This document shows, piece by piece, positions 54,482-62,818 of a DNA stretch of 64,000 nucleotides. The DNA comes from a virus. The notes beneath the pieces are model-generated. The model was not told where the DNA came from. It saw nothing but the letters and a program-made list of their open reading frames with translations, and searched no databases. Position numbers and translations under genes: made by a program. The DNA lies in IMG/VR virus record IMGVR_UViG_3300045988_131144, positions 14,352 to 78,351 of that record. The stretch is one strand, 5' to 3'. How positions within the stretch are numbered: position 1 is the first letter of the stretch; every line of letters begins with the position of its first letter.

Positions 54482-55181
54482 CGTTCATTCTCCCTTCCAT
54501 CACGAAAAGACTTTGCTGTGCCGTATATTCGTTGAAGCGCTCTTCTTGAAGCTTGAAATACGTTGGGTCTATTTCGCAGCCCACGAAATCAAGTCCTGCG
54601 TCATAGGCCGCGATTCGGCTGCTCCCGCTTCCGAGATGCGTGTCGAGGATTCGGTCTCCGGCGTACGCGTAGTTTTTGAAAATCCACTTATAGAGTGCTA
54701 TCGGCTTCTGGGTTGGATGGTAGCGCTTCTCGTTCAGTTTTTTGTTACCCTGCATGGTAGCGCCCTCTTCAATGCTCTTGCCCTGCAGCATTCCGTTCCA
54801 CATAAAGCGGACTATCCTGACGCTGGTGAAGAGATCTGTCGCGGCCAGCTCGCAGTCGGAGAAACTGCTTGAGGAATTGCACTTATCCCACACGATTCGT
54901 CCGGGTGTAAACGGGTAACGAAAGTAATTGCATCCCCACACTATGTAATGCTTGGCTACTCGCTGAAGCTCTGCAAAATACTCGACGCCGGGTATATCCC
55001 ACTGTGGGGATATGGGATAATCTCGATGGACACCGATTTTGCTGACACGGCTGCCGTAATAGCCACGCCTTTCCGGTCCTGAGAAATACGGTGGATCCAC
55101 AACTGCGAGGTCGAACGCCTTGTCAGGCACTCTGCGCATGTACTCCATGCAGTCGCAGTTGACTACTATGCTTTCGCTCAT
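54468..55181 (-). CDS. DNA methyltransferase, N6_N4 (beta-class, DPPY)
   Basis: LAVVDPPYFSG near the N-terminus; DTHLGSGSSRIAA SAM-binding motif near the C-terminus. Confidence 0.75.
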   Translation of the reverse strand: MSESIVVNCDCMEYMRRVPDKAFDLAVVDPPYFSGPERRGYYGSRVSKIGVHRDYPISPQWDIPGVEYFAELQRVAKHYIVWGCNYFRYPFTPGRIVWDKCNSSSSFSDCELAATDLFTSVRIVRFMWNGMLQGKSIEEGATMQGNKKLNEKRYHPTQKPIALYKWIFKNYAYAGDRILDTHLGSGSSRIAAYDAGLDFVGCEIDPTYFKLQEERFNEYTAQQSLFVMEGRMNDEQI

Positions 55182-55193
55182 TTCATCACTCCC

Positions 55194-55724
55194 TTATACT
55201 TCATCTCCCCATGCATCCCAGCCGGGGAATCGTTCTCTCGCAAATATCTCTATGCGCGGCTCATAGCTCACCAGTTCTATCATACGGCGCATTTCTTCGG
55301 GCTTGCAGCTATGCACAGTTTTGGGGGCATAGAATCCCGTTTTTCCCTGACAGCGTTTACCTTCGGGAGAAACTTTGTAAGGCAAACGCTTCTTCGTCGT
55401 TGCAAATATGCAATGTTCAGTCAGTCCTCTGTAATACTGTCCCAAGCCTTGCTGATTCTTCATCCACGTTACCGTTGTCACGTACTCGAATCCCCACGCC
55501 TTCACACATTCAATGGCGGCGGGTAGATAATTGTTTGTCGCCCAGCAGTATAAGTGGCACCCGTCAGTGGCTGCGAGCTGCATAACCGGGAGCGCCTTAA
55601 TTTCGGCAACTGACATTAAACTGTAGTGCTTGTCTGCGCCGCGCTTGATTTTGCCGCCCCCCCGCTCTGGCCACGGCGGGTCTATGTAGATTGTGCGATA
55701 CTTGCCGCTTGGAAAATCGCTCAT
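55194..55724 (-). CDS. MT-A70-family adenine methyltransferase (DPPW)
   Basis: IYIDPPWPERGGG; CHLYCWATNNYL. Confidence 0.7.
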   Translation of the reverse strand: MSDFPSGKYRTIYIDPPWPERGGGKIKRGADKHYSLMSVAEIKALPVMQLAATDGCHLYCWATNNYLPAAIECVKAWGFEYVTTVTWMKNQQGLGQYYRGLTEHCIFATTKKRLPYKVSPEGKRCQGKTGFYAPKTVHSCKPEEMRRMIELVSYEPRIEIFARERFPGWDAWGDEV

Positions 55725-55915
55725 ACGCCCTCCTTGATTTTGAAAAACTGACAGCCGCGGCCTTTATCGCAGTCGTTGGCGCAGAACCGGCATGGATTCG
55801 CATCGAGCACCAACAGTTTGATGATCCTGCACAGCCGTTCTATCTCGCGCCTCTGGTTCTGAATAATCATGTCTTTAGGTGTCATATTTTGCCGTCCACC
55901 TTTCCAAAGCGTCAC
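55721..55915 (-). CDS. hypothetical protein
   Basis: 64-aa ORF. Confidence 0.4.
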   Translation of the reverse strand: MTLWKGGRQNMTPKDMIIQNQRREIERLCRIIKLLVLDANPCRFCANDCDKGRGCQFFKIKEGV

Positions 55916-56090
55916 GATTCCATACCCGAGCTGCTTTTATCTTCCTCTTGTACCAAGGTCGCTGCGCTCCAGCTCCACAAACCGGGCAAATGTATCGGTA
56001 ACGATTTTTGTGAAACTGCAGCACAGGACTGGCTTCTTCCCCACACTCACACACTAAGAAAATGATATTCATACACCACTTCCTATTCAT
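55875..56090 (-). CDS. zinc-ribbon protein, Lar-like C-terminus
   Basis: CECG...CPVCG...AARVWNRDA; alternative ATG at 56072. Confidence 0.4.
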   Translation of the reverse strand: MNRKWCMNIIFLVCECGEEASPVLQFHKNRYRYICPVCGAGAQRPWYKRKIKAARVWNRDALERWTAKYDT

Positions 56091-56544
56091 CGTCGGAAAA
56101 CTTGTCCAGCGTCACGACGCGGATAATACCCGCATTGGCAATCATCCTGCGGCAGATAGGGCAAGGCTCCGGGGCTTCGAGAGGTTCCCATATAATGTTT
56201 GTTATCTCTCCGCCGCGCCCCAATGCCATCCGCGCCCATTCTCCGTATAGATACATCGTCGAGCCAAGCATTTCGCTTCTGGAAGCCGATATAATAGCGT
56301 TCTGCTCCGCATGGACACTATGGCAATCGGAGTAGTCCCCGCTGTTGCTGGGCTTGTCCAGACGCTTACATAAGCCTATATCGCAGCAATTAGGCTCGCC
56401 GCGCACAGAACCGTTGTAGCCCGTGGCGATTATCTCGTCGTTCTTCACAATAACTGCGCCATACCGGCGTTTGAGGCAGGTGCTCCTCTGCGATACGGCT
56501 TGAGCTATTTCAAGGTAGTAGGCATCTTTTGAGATTCGTTTCAT
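56083..56544 (-). CDS. dCMP deaminase (ComEB-like)
   Basis: CHSVHAEQNAI and PCPICRRMI zinc-ligand motifs; ATG at 56544 behind GGAGGA. Confidence 0.8.
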   Translation of the reverse strand: MKRISKDAYYLEIAQAVSQRSTCLKRRYGAVIVKNDEIIATGYNGSVRGEPNCCDIGLCKRLDKPSNSGDYSDCHSVHAEQNAIISASRSEMLGSTMYLYGEWARMALGRGGEITNIIWEPLEAPEPCPICRRMIANAGIIRVVTLDKFSDDE

Positions 56545-57059
56545 TCTGCATCCTCCACGTAACACCAGCTTTGCGGGGCACGCGTCAAATAGCGCTCCTT
56601 ATTGACATACCACGTATACGGCTGAACTTTTTCAAGGACAAGCGGCTTGACAAATGAGGTCAGTTCTCGCGGTGAATCATAAATTTTTAGATTGGAAATG
56701 CGCCAGCCGTACATCGGTGACTGCACTGCATACGCCGCCGCATCACACGCGCTCAAGCAAGCCGCTTTGTAAAACTTTTCATCGTGGCCGAACGTGTGAT
56801 CTTCAATAATCTGATTGCAAAGAAATTCCCCTATGACTTTGCCGCTCCCACATTTATCAAACGCGTTATGGCTGTGATCGTCCACATAAGAATATCTCGG
56901 CCCTGTCCAAAACTGCTTTTTTGCGTCTCTCGTGCAGTAGATGTATACCTTGAATGGCGTTTCCAGCTTTGGGCGCGATTTCCGCACCTCGATTGACTTA
57001 TCTCTGCTCGCGATCTTCACGCACCAGTCTGGGCGTATGCTGATTAAAACTGCTTTCAT
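56541..57059 (-). CDS. ASCH-domain protein
   Basis: MKAVLISIRPDWCVKIASRDKSIEVRKSRP... fits the ASCH N-terminal pattern. Confidence 0.55.
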   Translation of the reverse strand: MKAVLISIRPDWCVKIASRDKSIEVRKSRPKLETPFKVYIYCTRDAKKQFWTGPRYSYVDDHSHNAFDKCGSGKVIGEFLCNQIIEDHTFGHDEKFYKAACLSACDAAAYAVQSPMYGWRISNLKIYDSPRELTSFVKPLVLEKVQPYTWYVNKERYLTRAPQSWCYVEDAE

Positions 57060-57071
57060 CAGTTCACCTCC

Positions 57072-58796
57072 TTACACTGCTACGGCAGACGCCAACTCGG
57101 TCATCGTCGTAAGCGCCTTGCGGTTCCACTCCGGCAGATTCGCCATCACAACGGCTGTTGCCATCGGCGGACACACGGCGTTGCCGCAGCGCGCGACCTG
57201 TTGTGATTTTGGATAGTCGTTTCCTTTATAGTCCTTGTCGATTATGTAGTCCGGAGGGAAACCCATTGCGGCGTACAACTCACGCGGGGTCAGCATACGA
57301 AGCCCAATGTCGGAAATGAAGTACCATGTGTCTCGGATATTAAGCAAAAGGACTTCATCTTCGGAAAGACTGTACCCACAATGTTTATTGAGAAGCACGC
57401 GAATTTCCGGCCAGTATTTCAGATCCGCATCGGGTGTATATTGCACTACCCTTGTCTGCACTTCCGCAAATTCTCCGATAGAAGCTGTAATAGTGCGGAG
57501 AGGTCGGTCTACACTTTGGCCTTTATCTTGCCCCTTAAACTCTGCGATGTGTACCGCTGTGAGAGCTTCGCGGTCCCGTGACGTCACCGTGTGCATCGGG
57601 ATTCTTACATCAAGAGGACGACCAGTGCTGAAATACTCGACAAGGTGCGCTGTTGTAAGACCGTATCTGTTGGATGCGTCGACTGTTGGAAGCGGAGTCT
57701 CTACGCCGTTCGCGCGCACATTTTCGCTTTGTTCGGTGTGATATTGGATAAGAGACGGGGAAACAAGCATCTGATTCTCTGCGGTTGTTACTGTATGTAC
57801 TGGCTCCGCGGCAGAGCCGCCAACGCTGTTTGTTGTATTGGATACTGTTATGGGTGTCAGTAACGGCCTACACAGGTTTTCTTTCCCCGTTCCTACCACA
57901 GTCGGAACCGGAGCCTCAATGTCATGTACCCTGGGTGCCTGCCCTTTGCGCTCACCATAGCCTGTTGGCACAATAAATGGCTTACCGCTTTTGATCGTGA
58001 ACTTATCAACTCCACGTATCACTCTGCGCATGGTGTTATCCGCCAAAGGCCTGACAGCTTTTACACCATATTGTTCTTGTATCTCTGTCTTGGTCGCGAA
58101 TACAGACGGGCAAGGAAGCGACCAGTCTATGATTTCCGCCGCCGATCTCCACGGTTTGTACTTGCCGCTCTTCACTTCTGCATTGTCCGCGGGTGCATGT
58201 GTGCGTTCAGGCCACACAATAGGCCGTCCATCGCATCGGGCTATCAACACGAACCTTTTTCTACTCGTAGGCGCGCCATAGTCCGCGGCAATCAAAACCC
58301 GAAACTCAACAGTATATCCAAGGTCTTTCAGCTGGCCGAGCCACTTCTGAAAAGTGCAGCCTGCTTTTTTCTTCACCGGCTTGCCTTTCCTTACCGGTCC
58401 CCATGTTTGAAACTCTTCAACGTTTTCGAGTATGATAACGCGCGGCTTAACGGTTCCAGCCCAGCGGAGAACTATCCACGCAAGTCCGCGGATATTGCGG
58501 TCAACGAGCGCCGCGCCCTTCGCCTTGCTAAAGTGCTTGCAATCAGGCGAAAACCACGCCAGCCCAACAGGACGCCCCGCGCATACCTTTTCTGGGTCTA
58601 CGTCCCAAATGGAAGCTTGGAGATGTTCGGTATATGGATGATTGGTCTTGTGCATCAGGATTGCGGCAGGATCATGGTTAATGGCTATTGTAACCGGACG
58701 GCCTGTTGCGAGTTCTATTCCAGTGGAAGCACCACCTCCCCCGGCAAAGTTGTCCACTATAATCTCATCAAGCATGGACACTTGTGCTCTATTCAT
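57072..58796 (-). CDS. dcm: DNA (cytosine-5) methyltransferase
   Basis: Motif I DNFAGGGGAS, motif IV FSPDCKHFS, motif VI ENVEEF, motif X CGNAVCPPM. ATG at 58796 (alternative 58775); the ORF-track N-terminal extension is rejected. Confidence 0.8.
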   Translation of the reverse strand: MNRAQVSMLDEIIVDNFAGGGGASTGIELATGRPVTIAINHDPAAILMHKTNHPYTEHLQASIWDVDPEKVCAGRPVGLAWFSPDCKHFSKAKGAALVDRNIRGLAWIVLRWAGTVKPRVIILENVEEFQTWGPVRKGKPVKKKAGCTFQKWLGQLKDLGYTVEFRVLIAADYGAPTSRKRFVLIARCDGRPIVWPERTHAPADNAEVKSGKYKPWRSAAEIIDWSLPCPSVFATKTEIQEQYGVKAVRPLADNTMRRVIRGVDKFTIKSGKPFIVPTGYGERKGQAPRVHDIEAPVPTVVGTGKENLCRPLLTPITVSNTTNSVGGSAAEPVHTVTTAENQMLVSPSLIQYHTEQSENVRANGVETPLPTVDASNRYGLTTAHLVEYFSTGRPLDVRIPMHTVTSRDREALTAVHIAEFKGQDKGQSVDRPLRTITASIGEFAEVQTRVVQYTPDADLKYWPEIRVLLNKHCGYSLSEDEVLLLNIRDTWYFISDIGLRMLTPRELYAAMGFPPDYIIDKDYKGNDYPKSQQVARCGNAVCPPMATAVVMANLPEWNRKALTTMTELASAVAV

Positions 58797-58845
58797 TCCG
58801 ATATTGATTCCTCCTTCATACCAGCGCAAGTGCGTCTGGCTCTTT

Positions 58846-58880
58846 GGTGCTGGGATGGTAGCACCCGTGTCAAGCGCAAA
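58846..58880 (-). promoter_or_regulatory. conserved element copy B
   Basis: Minus strand reads TTTGCGCTTGACACGGGTGCTACCATCCCAGCACC; ends 49 nt upstream of the dcm ATG. Confidence 0.5.
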
Positions 58881-58952
58881 CGAACCAGATGGCGCAGAAC
58901 TGCGACGTTGTTTTGTGCAAGTATCACAAAATTTCAAGCTTAATGAACGTAG

Positions 58953-58989
58953 AAAAGCAGCCATTTCAATTTGAAAAGGCTGCTTTTTT
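58953..58989. terminator. bidirectional terminator-like hairpin between divergent elements B and C
   Basis: AAAAGCAGCC (15-nt loop) GGCTGCTTTT followed by TT. Confidence 0.5.
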
Positions 58990-59039
58990 CGTATACCTAT
59001 ACAAATTTTGATGTTTTGGCGATTCCCAAGCACAAAAAC

Positions 59040-59071
59040 GCGCTTGACACGCCGTGTATCATCCTTGCACC
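59040..59071 (+). promoter_or_regulatory. conserved element copy C
   Basis: GCGCTTGACACGCCGTGTATCATCCTTGCACC; ends 16 nt upstream of the ATG at 59088. Confidence 0.5.
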
Positions 59072-59087
59072 GAAAAAGAAAGGGGCG

Positions 59088-59300
59088 ATGCCTATGCAGG
59101 GAGCCGAGCTTAAAGCCGCGGCAGTCGGCATACTCACATATCTGGCGATAACGAACGAGGAGACCACTCGGCACAGCGGAGAGGACGGTGAAATCATGGA
59201 GTTTGACGCGACATATGATCCAGCCACGTTCAAACTGGCGATGCGGTATCTCGCGCGGATGGACATGGAAGAAACGGAGGTGAGGCTCAGTGGACATTGA
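59088..59300 (+). CDS. hypothetical protein (70 aa)
   Basis: MPMQGAELKAAAVGILTYL...; first ORF after element C. Confidence 0.4.
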   Translation: MPMQGAELKAAAVGILTYLAITNEETTRHSGEDGEIMEFDATYDPATFKLAMRYLARMDMEETEVRLSGH

Positions 59301-59856
59301 CAGTATTGTTGCGATTATGAAAGGAATCGGAATCATGATATTAGCGATTGCGTGCTGCGTGCAGGCAATACGCTTTCTTTTCAAAATATGTGACTGGATC
59401 GATTATGTGGAGAAAAAGGCAAATCACAAGTACATTCAGTGTTCCCCGAAAATACTTGAGATAATGTTGACCACTCTTCAATACAAAATTTATCCAATAA
59501 CTACAACGTCCATAGACTGGTCTGGCTTAGAGAAAAAGGAATGTTACGGTATAGAATGGATTCGGCAAGACTCCTATGGTAGGGAAAGCTCCATTCTCAT
59601 ATATGGCCGAACTCGGCGAGAACAAGAGGAGATGAACTCCATCGTTATAAAAGCCTTACAGAAGAAGCGAACCGCGGATGTGAACAAGAAAGTTCTCGCC
59701 AACGACGCAACTATTGAAGCGGCAAATCGAATGAAAGACGACATCCAACGTATCATCAGCGAAAATCTCCGCGCCGCGCAGGAAGCCGCGCGGAAAAATC
59801 AAGAGATTATAGACCGCCTATCGGGAACAAACTCTTCCCGTGGAGGCTCACCATGA
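59290..59856 (+). CDS. membrane-anchored hypothetical protein
   Basis: GTG start behind GGAGGTGAGG; TM GIGIMILAIACCVQAIRFLF. Confidence 0.5.
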   Translation: MDIDSIVAIMKGIGIMILAIACCVQAIRFLFKICDWIDYVEKKANHKYIQCSPKILEIMLTTLQYKIYPITTTSIDWSGLEKKECYGIEWIRQDSYGRESSILIYGRTRREQEEMNSIVIKALQKKRTADVNKKVLANDATIEAANRMKDDIQRIISENLRAAQEAARKNQEIIDRLSGTNSSRGGSP

Positions 59857-60371
59857 ACAGCCGGGACGATGCCGAGCGGCGTTACCTTGAGAATGAAAAA
59901 CTCATTTATGGCGCTTTGCATAAATATTTCCCGGCGCTCGCGTCTGATGAGGACATTCAGCAGATCGCGGGGATCGGTCTCTGGAAAGCCTGTTTGAACT
60001 ACGATGCGGATAAGTCGTGCTTCTCAACTGCCGCGTATAAATTCATCAAGACCGAAGTGCTGCAGGAACTACGAAAAAGGCGACGCCGAGGCAAAATCAC
60101 AACAATACCTTTCGCTGCATTGGTGTGCGATTTGACCGCTGAGGGTAAAGAAGAGCTGGATATCCTTGCCATTAGTCCGAGTCTTGATGACATCGACTGG
60201 TGCGACGCAGAAACGTTTTGGGCATCATTGACCGAACGCCAGCAGTTCATCGTCAAGGCGCGTATATCTGGGCTGATTGATGAGGAAATCGCCGCCGCAC
60301 TGGGTTTGTCTCGCACATTGATTATCCATGAAAAGAAAAACATTCGGCGAATAGCCGAGGAAACATTATGA
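59853..60371 (+). CDS. sigma-70-family (ECF-sized) RNA polymerase sigma factor
   Basis: Region 2-like IAGIGLWKACLNYD...FSTAAYKFIKTEV; region 4 HTH LTERQQFIVKARISGLIDEEIAAALGLSRTLIIHEKKNIRRI. Confidence 0.7.
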   Translation: MNSRDDAERRYLENEKLIYGALHKYFPALASDEDIQQIAGIGLWKACLNYDADKSCFSTAAYKFIKTEVLQELRKRRRRGKITTIPFAALVCDLTAEGKEELDILAISPSLDDIDWCDAETFWASLTERQQFIVKARISGLIDEEIAAALGLSRTLIIHEKKNIRRIAEETL

Positions 60372-60387
60372 ATGGAGGTAGCTAAAG

Positions 60388-60813
60388 ATGCCACTACTTA
60401 ACTATACCACGAAAGTGGATGTCTATACCACGATAGGTGCTATACAGGGGCAGCTTGTAAAGCACGGAGCAAAGAAGATCATGCAGGAATATGACGATGC
60501 CGGTCGCATAACGGCTCTATCTTTCCAGATAGACACGCCCAACGGGATGCGGGGCATAAAGCTTCCGTCTAATGCAGAGGCTGTTAGGCGTGTACTCGCG
60601 AAGCAGAAAGTCAAATGTGATGTTGAGCAGTCTGAACGAGTTGCGTGGCGCATTATCAAAGACTGGGTAGAAGCTCAAATGGCCATCCTCGAAAGCGAAA
60701 TGGTGCAGATGGATGAAATCTTTTTACCGTATATGCTCAACAGTAAAGGTCAGACAGTTTTTGAGGCATATCAGAGCCAGCAACTATGGCTCGGAGAGGG
60801 AGGAGAAAAATGA
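60388..60813 (+). CDS. hypothetical protein
   Basis: 141-aa ORF. Confidence 0.5.
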   Translation: MPLLNYTTKVDVYTTIGAIQGQLVKHGAKKIMQEYDDAGRITALSFQIDTPNGMRGIKLPSNAEAVRRVLAKQKVKCDVEQSERVAWRIIKDWVEAQMAILESEMVQMDEIFLPYMLNSKGQTVFEAYQSQQLWLGEGGEK

Positions 60814-61520
60814 GTAAACCAATTTATGTTCCAAAAGGAAAAGCCAAAGAATACGGCGACTATGCGATCAATATTTACACAGGATGCCCACATCGTTGCT
60901 TTTACTGCTTTGCCCCGAATGTGCTCCGCCGCGACAGAGAGACTTTTCACACAAATGTCAAGCCGCGAGAGAACATAGTCGAGGAAGTCCGAAAGCAGGT
61001 TGAACGTGAGCACATTACCGGACAACTCATTCATCTATGCTTCACCTGTGACCCATATCCCACGGGCTACGATTCGACACCGACACGTGAGGTTATCAAG
61101 ATTCTGAAAGAAAGCGGTAATCACGTACAGATACTCACTAAGGGTGACGGCTCAAGGGACTTCGACCTGCTTGATGAAGGAGATTGGTACGGCATTACTT
61201 ACGATGGCGCACCGCACGGCTTCTATACCCTTTCAGACATGATAGCAGACCTTGCCTCCGCAAGAATAGCGACCGGCTGCAATACGTGGGTATCGTGTGA
61301 ACCGGTCTTGGATGCCGATGCCGTCTTGAAGTTCATTGAAGAGTACCACACCATAATCGATAAAGTTAAAATAGGGAAACTCAATTATTTCCCGTCCAAT
61401 ATAGACTGGGCAGTTTTCGGCAGAGATGCTGAAGCCTTGTGCAAGAGCCTCGGCATTGACTACTACATAAAAGAGAGCCTACGCGCAGAAATGGAGGAAA
61501 AAAGTAATGATGTTAATTGA
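60810..61520 (+). CDS. radical SAM enzyme (CxxxCxxC; resembles the SPL / DNA-photolyase-like COG1533 type)
   Basis: INIYTGCPHRCFYCFAP near the N-terminus; ATG at 60810 behind GGGAGGAG. Confidence 0.6.
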   Translation: MSKPIYVPKGKAKEYGDYAINIYTGCPHRCFYCFAPNVLRRDRETFHTNVKPRENIVEEVRKQVEREHITGQLIHLCFTCDPYPTGYDSTPTREVIKILKESGNHVQILTKGDGSRDFDLLDEGDWYGITYDGAPHGFYTLSDMIADLASARIATGCNTWVSCEPVLDADAVLKFIEEYHTIIDKVKIGKLNYFPSNIDWAVFGRDAEALCKSLGIDYYIKESLRAEMEEKSNDVN

Positions 61521-61953
61521 CTACAGTCCCGAGAGAGATGGTGCTCCTCCCTACTCTTGGCTGAAACCATCAATCTTTAAGGACATTCTTTTCAAAAAGT
61601 ATATACGTCCTCAAGAACAGGAACGGCAACTCTCGTACCACGACTGGGTAAATTATAGCACGGAAAGGTGGGCTCTGCTTAACTCCAGAATAAATAACTC
61701 TGAGAATCAGGCAGATCAGTGTATATGGGTGCTTTCTCACATTAACTCCTTTAGTGCCGCCGACAGGGACATTATTGTGCGTTGCTTGGATTCTTTTGCC
61801 CATGACAATCTGAGTTTTTATTGTGATGTGGATCCCACGCTCCACCTGCGTCTTTTGTGTAGTGCTGACGAAATTCGGAACCTCCCTGCCAATGTGCAAT
61901 CTATCCATCTCGATGCAAGCTCAATGTGCTTTGCCGCCGCTTTGTTTGATTAA
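61507..61953 (+). CDS. hypothetical protein, paralog 1 of a tandem pair
   Basis: Shares SWL-P-I..D.L..KYI and ERWALLN-RINN-ENQ-D with the next ORF. Confidence 0.5.
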   Translation: MMLIDYSPERDGAPPYSWLKPSIFKDILFKKYIRPQEQERQLSYHDWVNYSTERWALLNSRINNSENQADQCIWVLSHINSFSAADRDIIVRCLDSFAHDNLSFYCDVDPTLHLRLLCSADEIRNLPANVQSIHLDASSMCFAAALFD

Positions 61954-61964
61954 GGAGTGAAGAA

Positions 61965-62561
61965 ATGAGTTATACAAGTCTTTGGATAATAGATAAGAAT
62001 TGGAGCGGCACAGAGCACCGCAAATATCCCAACTCATGGCTGATGCCTCCCATTGTTTGGGATGTTCTCATGCAGAAATATATTGGCACCAACGAACGCA
62101 ACGGGGTTGATTCCTATCTTGTATGGGTATGCGCCTGTTCCGACAAAGTACGCAACGAGCGCTGGGCGCTTCTCAACGGCAGGATTAACAACACTGAGAA
62201 TCAGACCGACAGAATAATGTGGGAGCTTGCGGGTCTCAGCGTTTTCAGCTCCAAGGATAAAGAGTTTGTGGCAAGCTGTATAGATGATTTTGTGAGAGAG
62301 AATCAAATCATCAATATTCAACTGCAAACACCGCCGGTCATCCAGCGTTTTTTTGCCATTGCTAACGATATTCGTAGCCTCCCTCGGAACGTCAAATACT
62401 TCGTTATCCACCCCAACAGCGTTGATGATTCCGTCGAGTGGTGGTTTCACCATAAACGCCTGTCCTCATGGGACAAGTTTGTTTGCGAGTTCACTCTGAT
62501 AGAGGGCAATAAGGTCGTCGGCTTTTCGACAAACCTTGAGATGTGCAAAGGAGACAACTGA
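61965..62561 (+). CDS. hypothetical protein, paralog 2 of a tandem pair
   Basis: ERWALLNGRINNTENQTDRIMWEL...; about 50 extra C-terminal residues. Confidence 0.5.
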   Translation: MSYTSLWIIDKNWSGTEHRKYPNSWLMPPIVWDVLMQKYIGTNERNGVDSYLVWVCACSDKVRNERWALLNGRINNTENQTDRIMWELAGLSVFSSKDKEFVASCIDDFVRENQIINIQLQTPPVIQRFFAIANDIRSLPRNVKYFVIHPNSVDDSVEWWFHHKRLSSWDKFVCEFTLIEGNKVVGFSTNLEMCKGDN

Positions 62562-62818
62562 TGGAACGATTAACTTTTGAAGGCAATTTCTGCGATATCG
62601 CACAGTGTCGAGCGATGCCGTGCCCCTATAACAATTCCTGCACCCAAAAACAGGTGTGGGAGCGCCTTAAAATGTATGAGGATATCGGCCTTCCGCCTGA
62701 CATAATCAAAGAATATAAAAAGTTTGAAGATGAACTCGTTTCCGACGGCTTGTCGTATGCAAAGTTTCTCAAAATGCTTAAAGAGCGTGAAAACAGCGGA
62801 AAGGACGAATGTAAATGA
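62561..62818 (+). CDS. hypothetical protein
   Basis: ATG at 62561 behind AAGGAG, overlaps the upstream TGA. Confidence 0.45.
   Translation: MERLTFEGNFCDIAQCRAMPCPYNNSCTQKQVWERLKMYEDIGLPPDIIKEYKKFEDELVSDGLSYAKFLKMLKERENSGKDECK

Noticed and set aside
58797-59384. N-terminal ~195-aa extension of the C5-MTase ORF (ORF track 57072-59384)
   Set aside because: The extension runs through conserved elements B and C, a terminator hairpin and a divergent plus-strand gene. MTase motif I lies only about 20 aa after the ATG at 58796, which also has an upstream AGGAGG.
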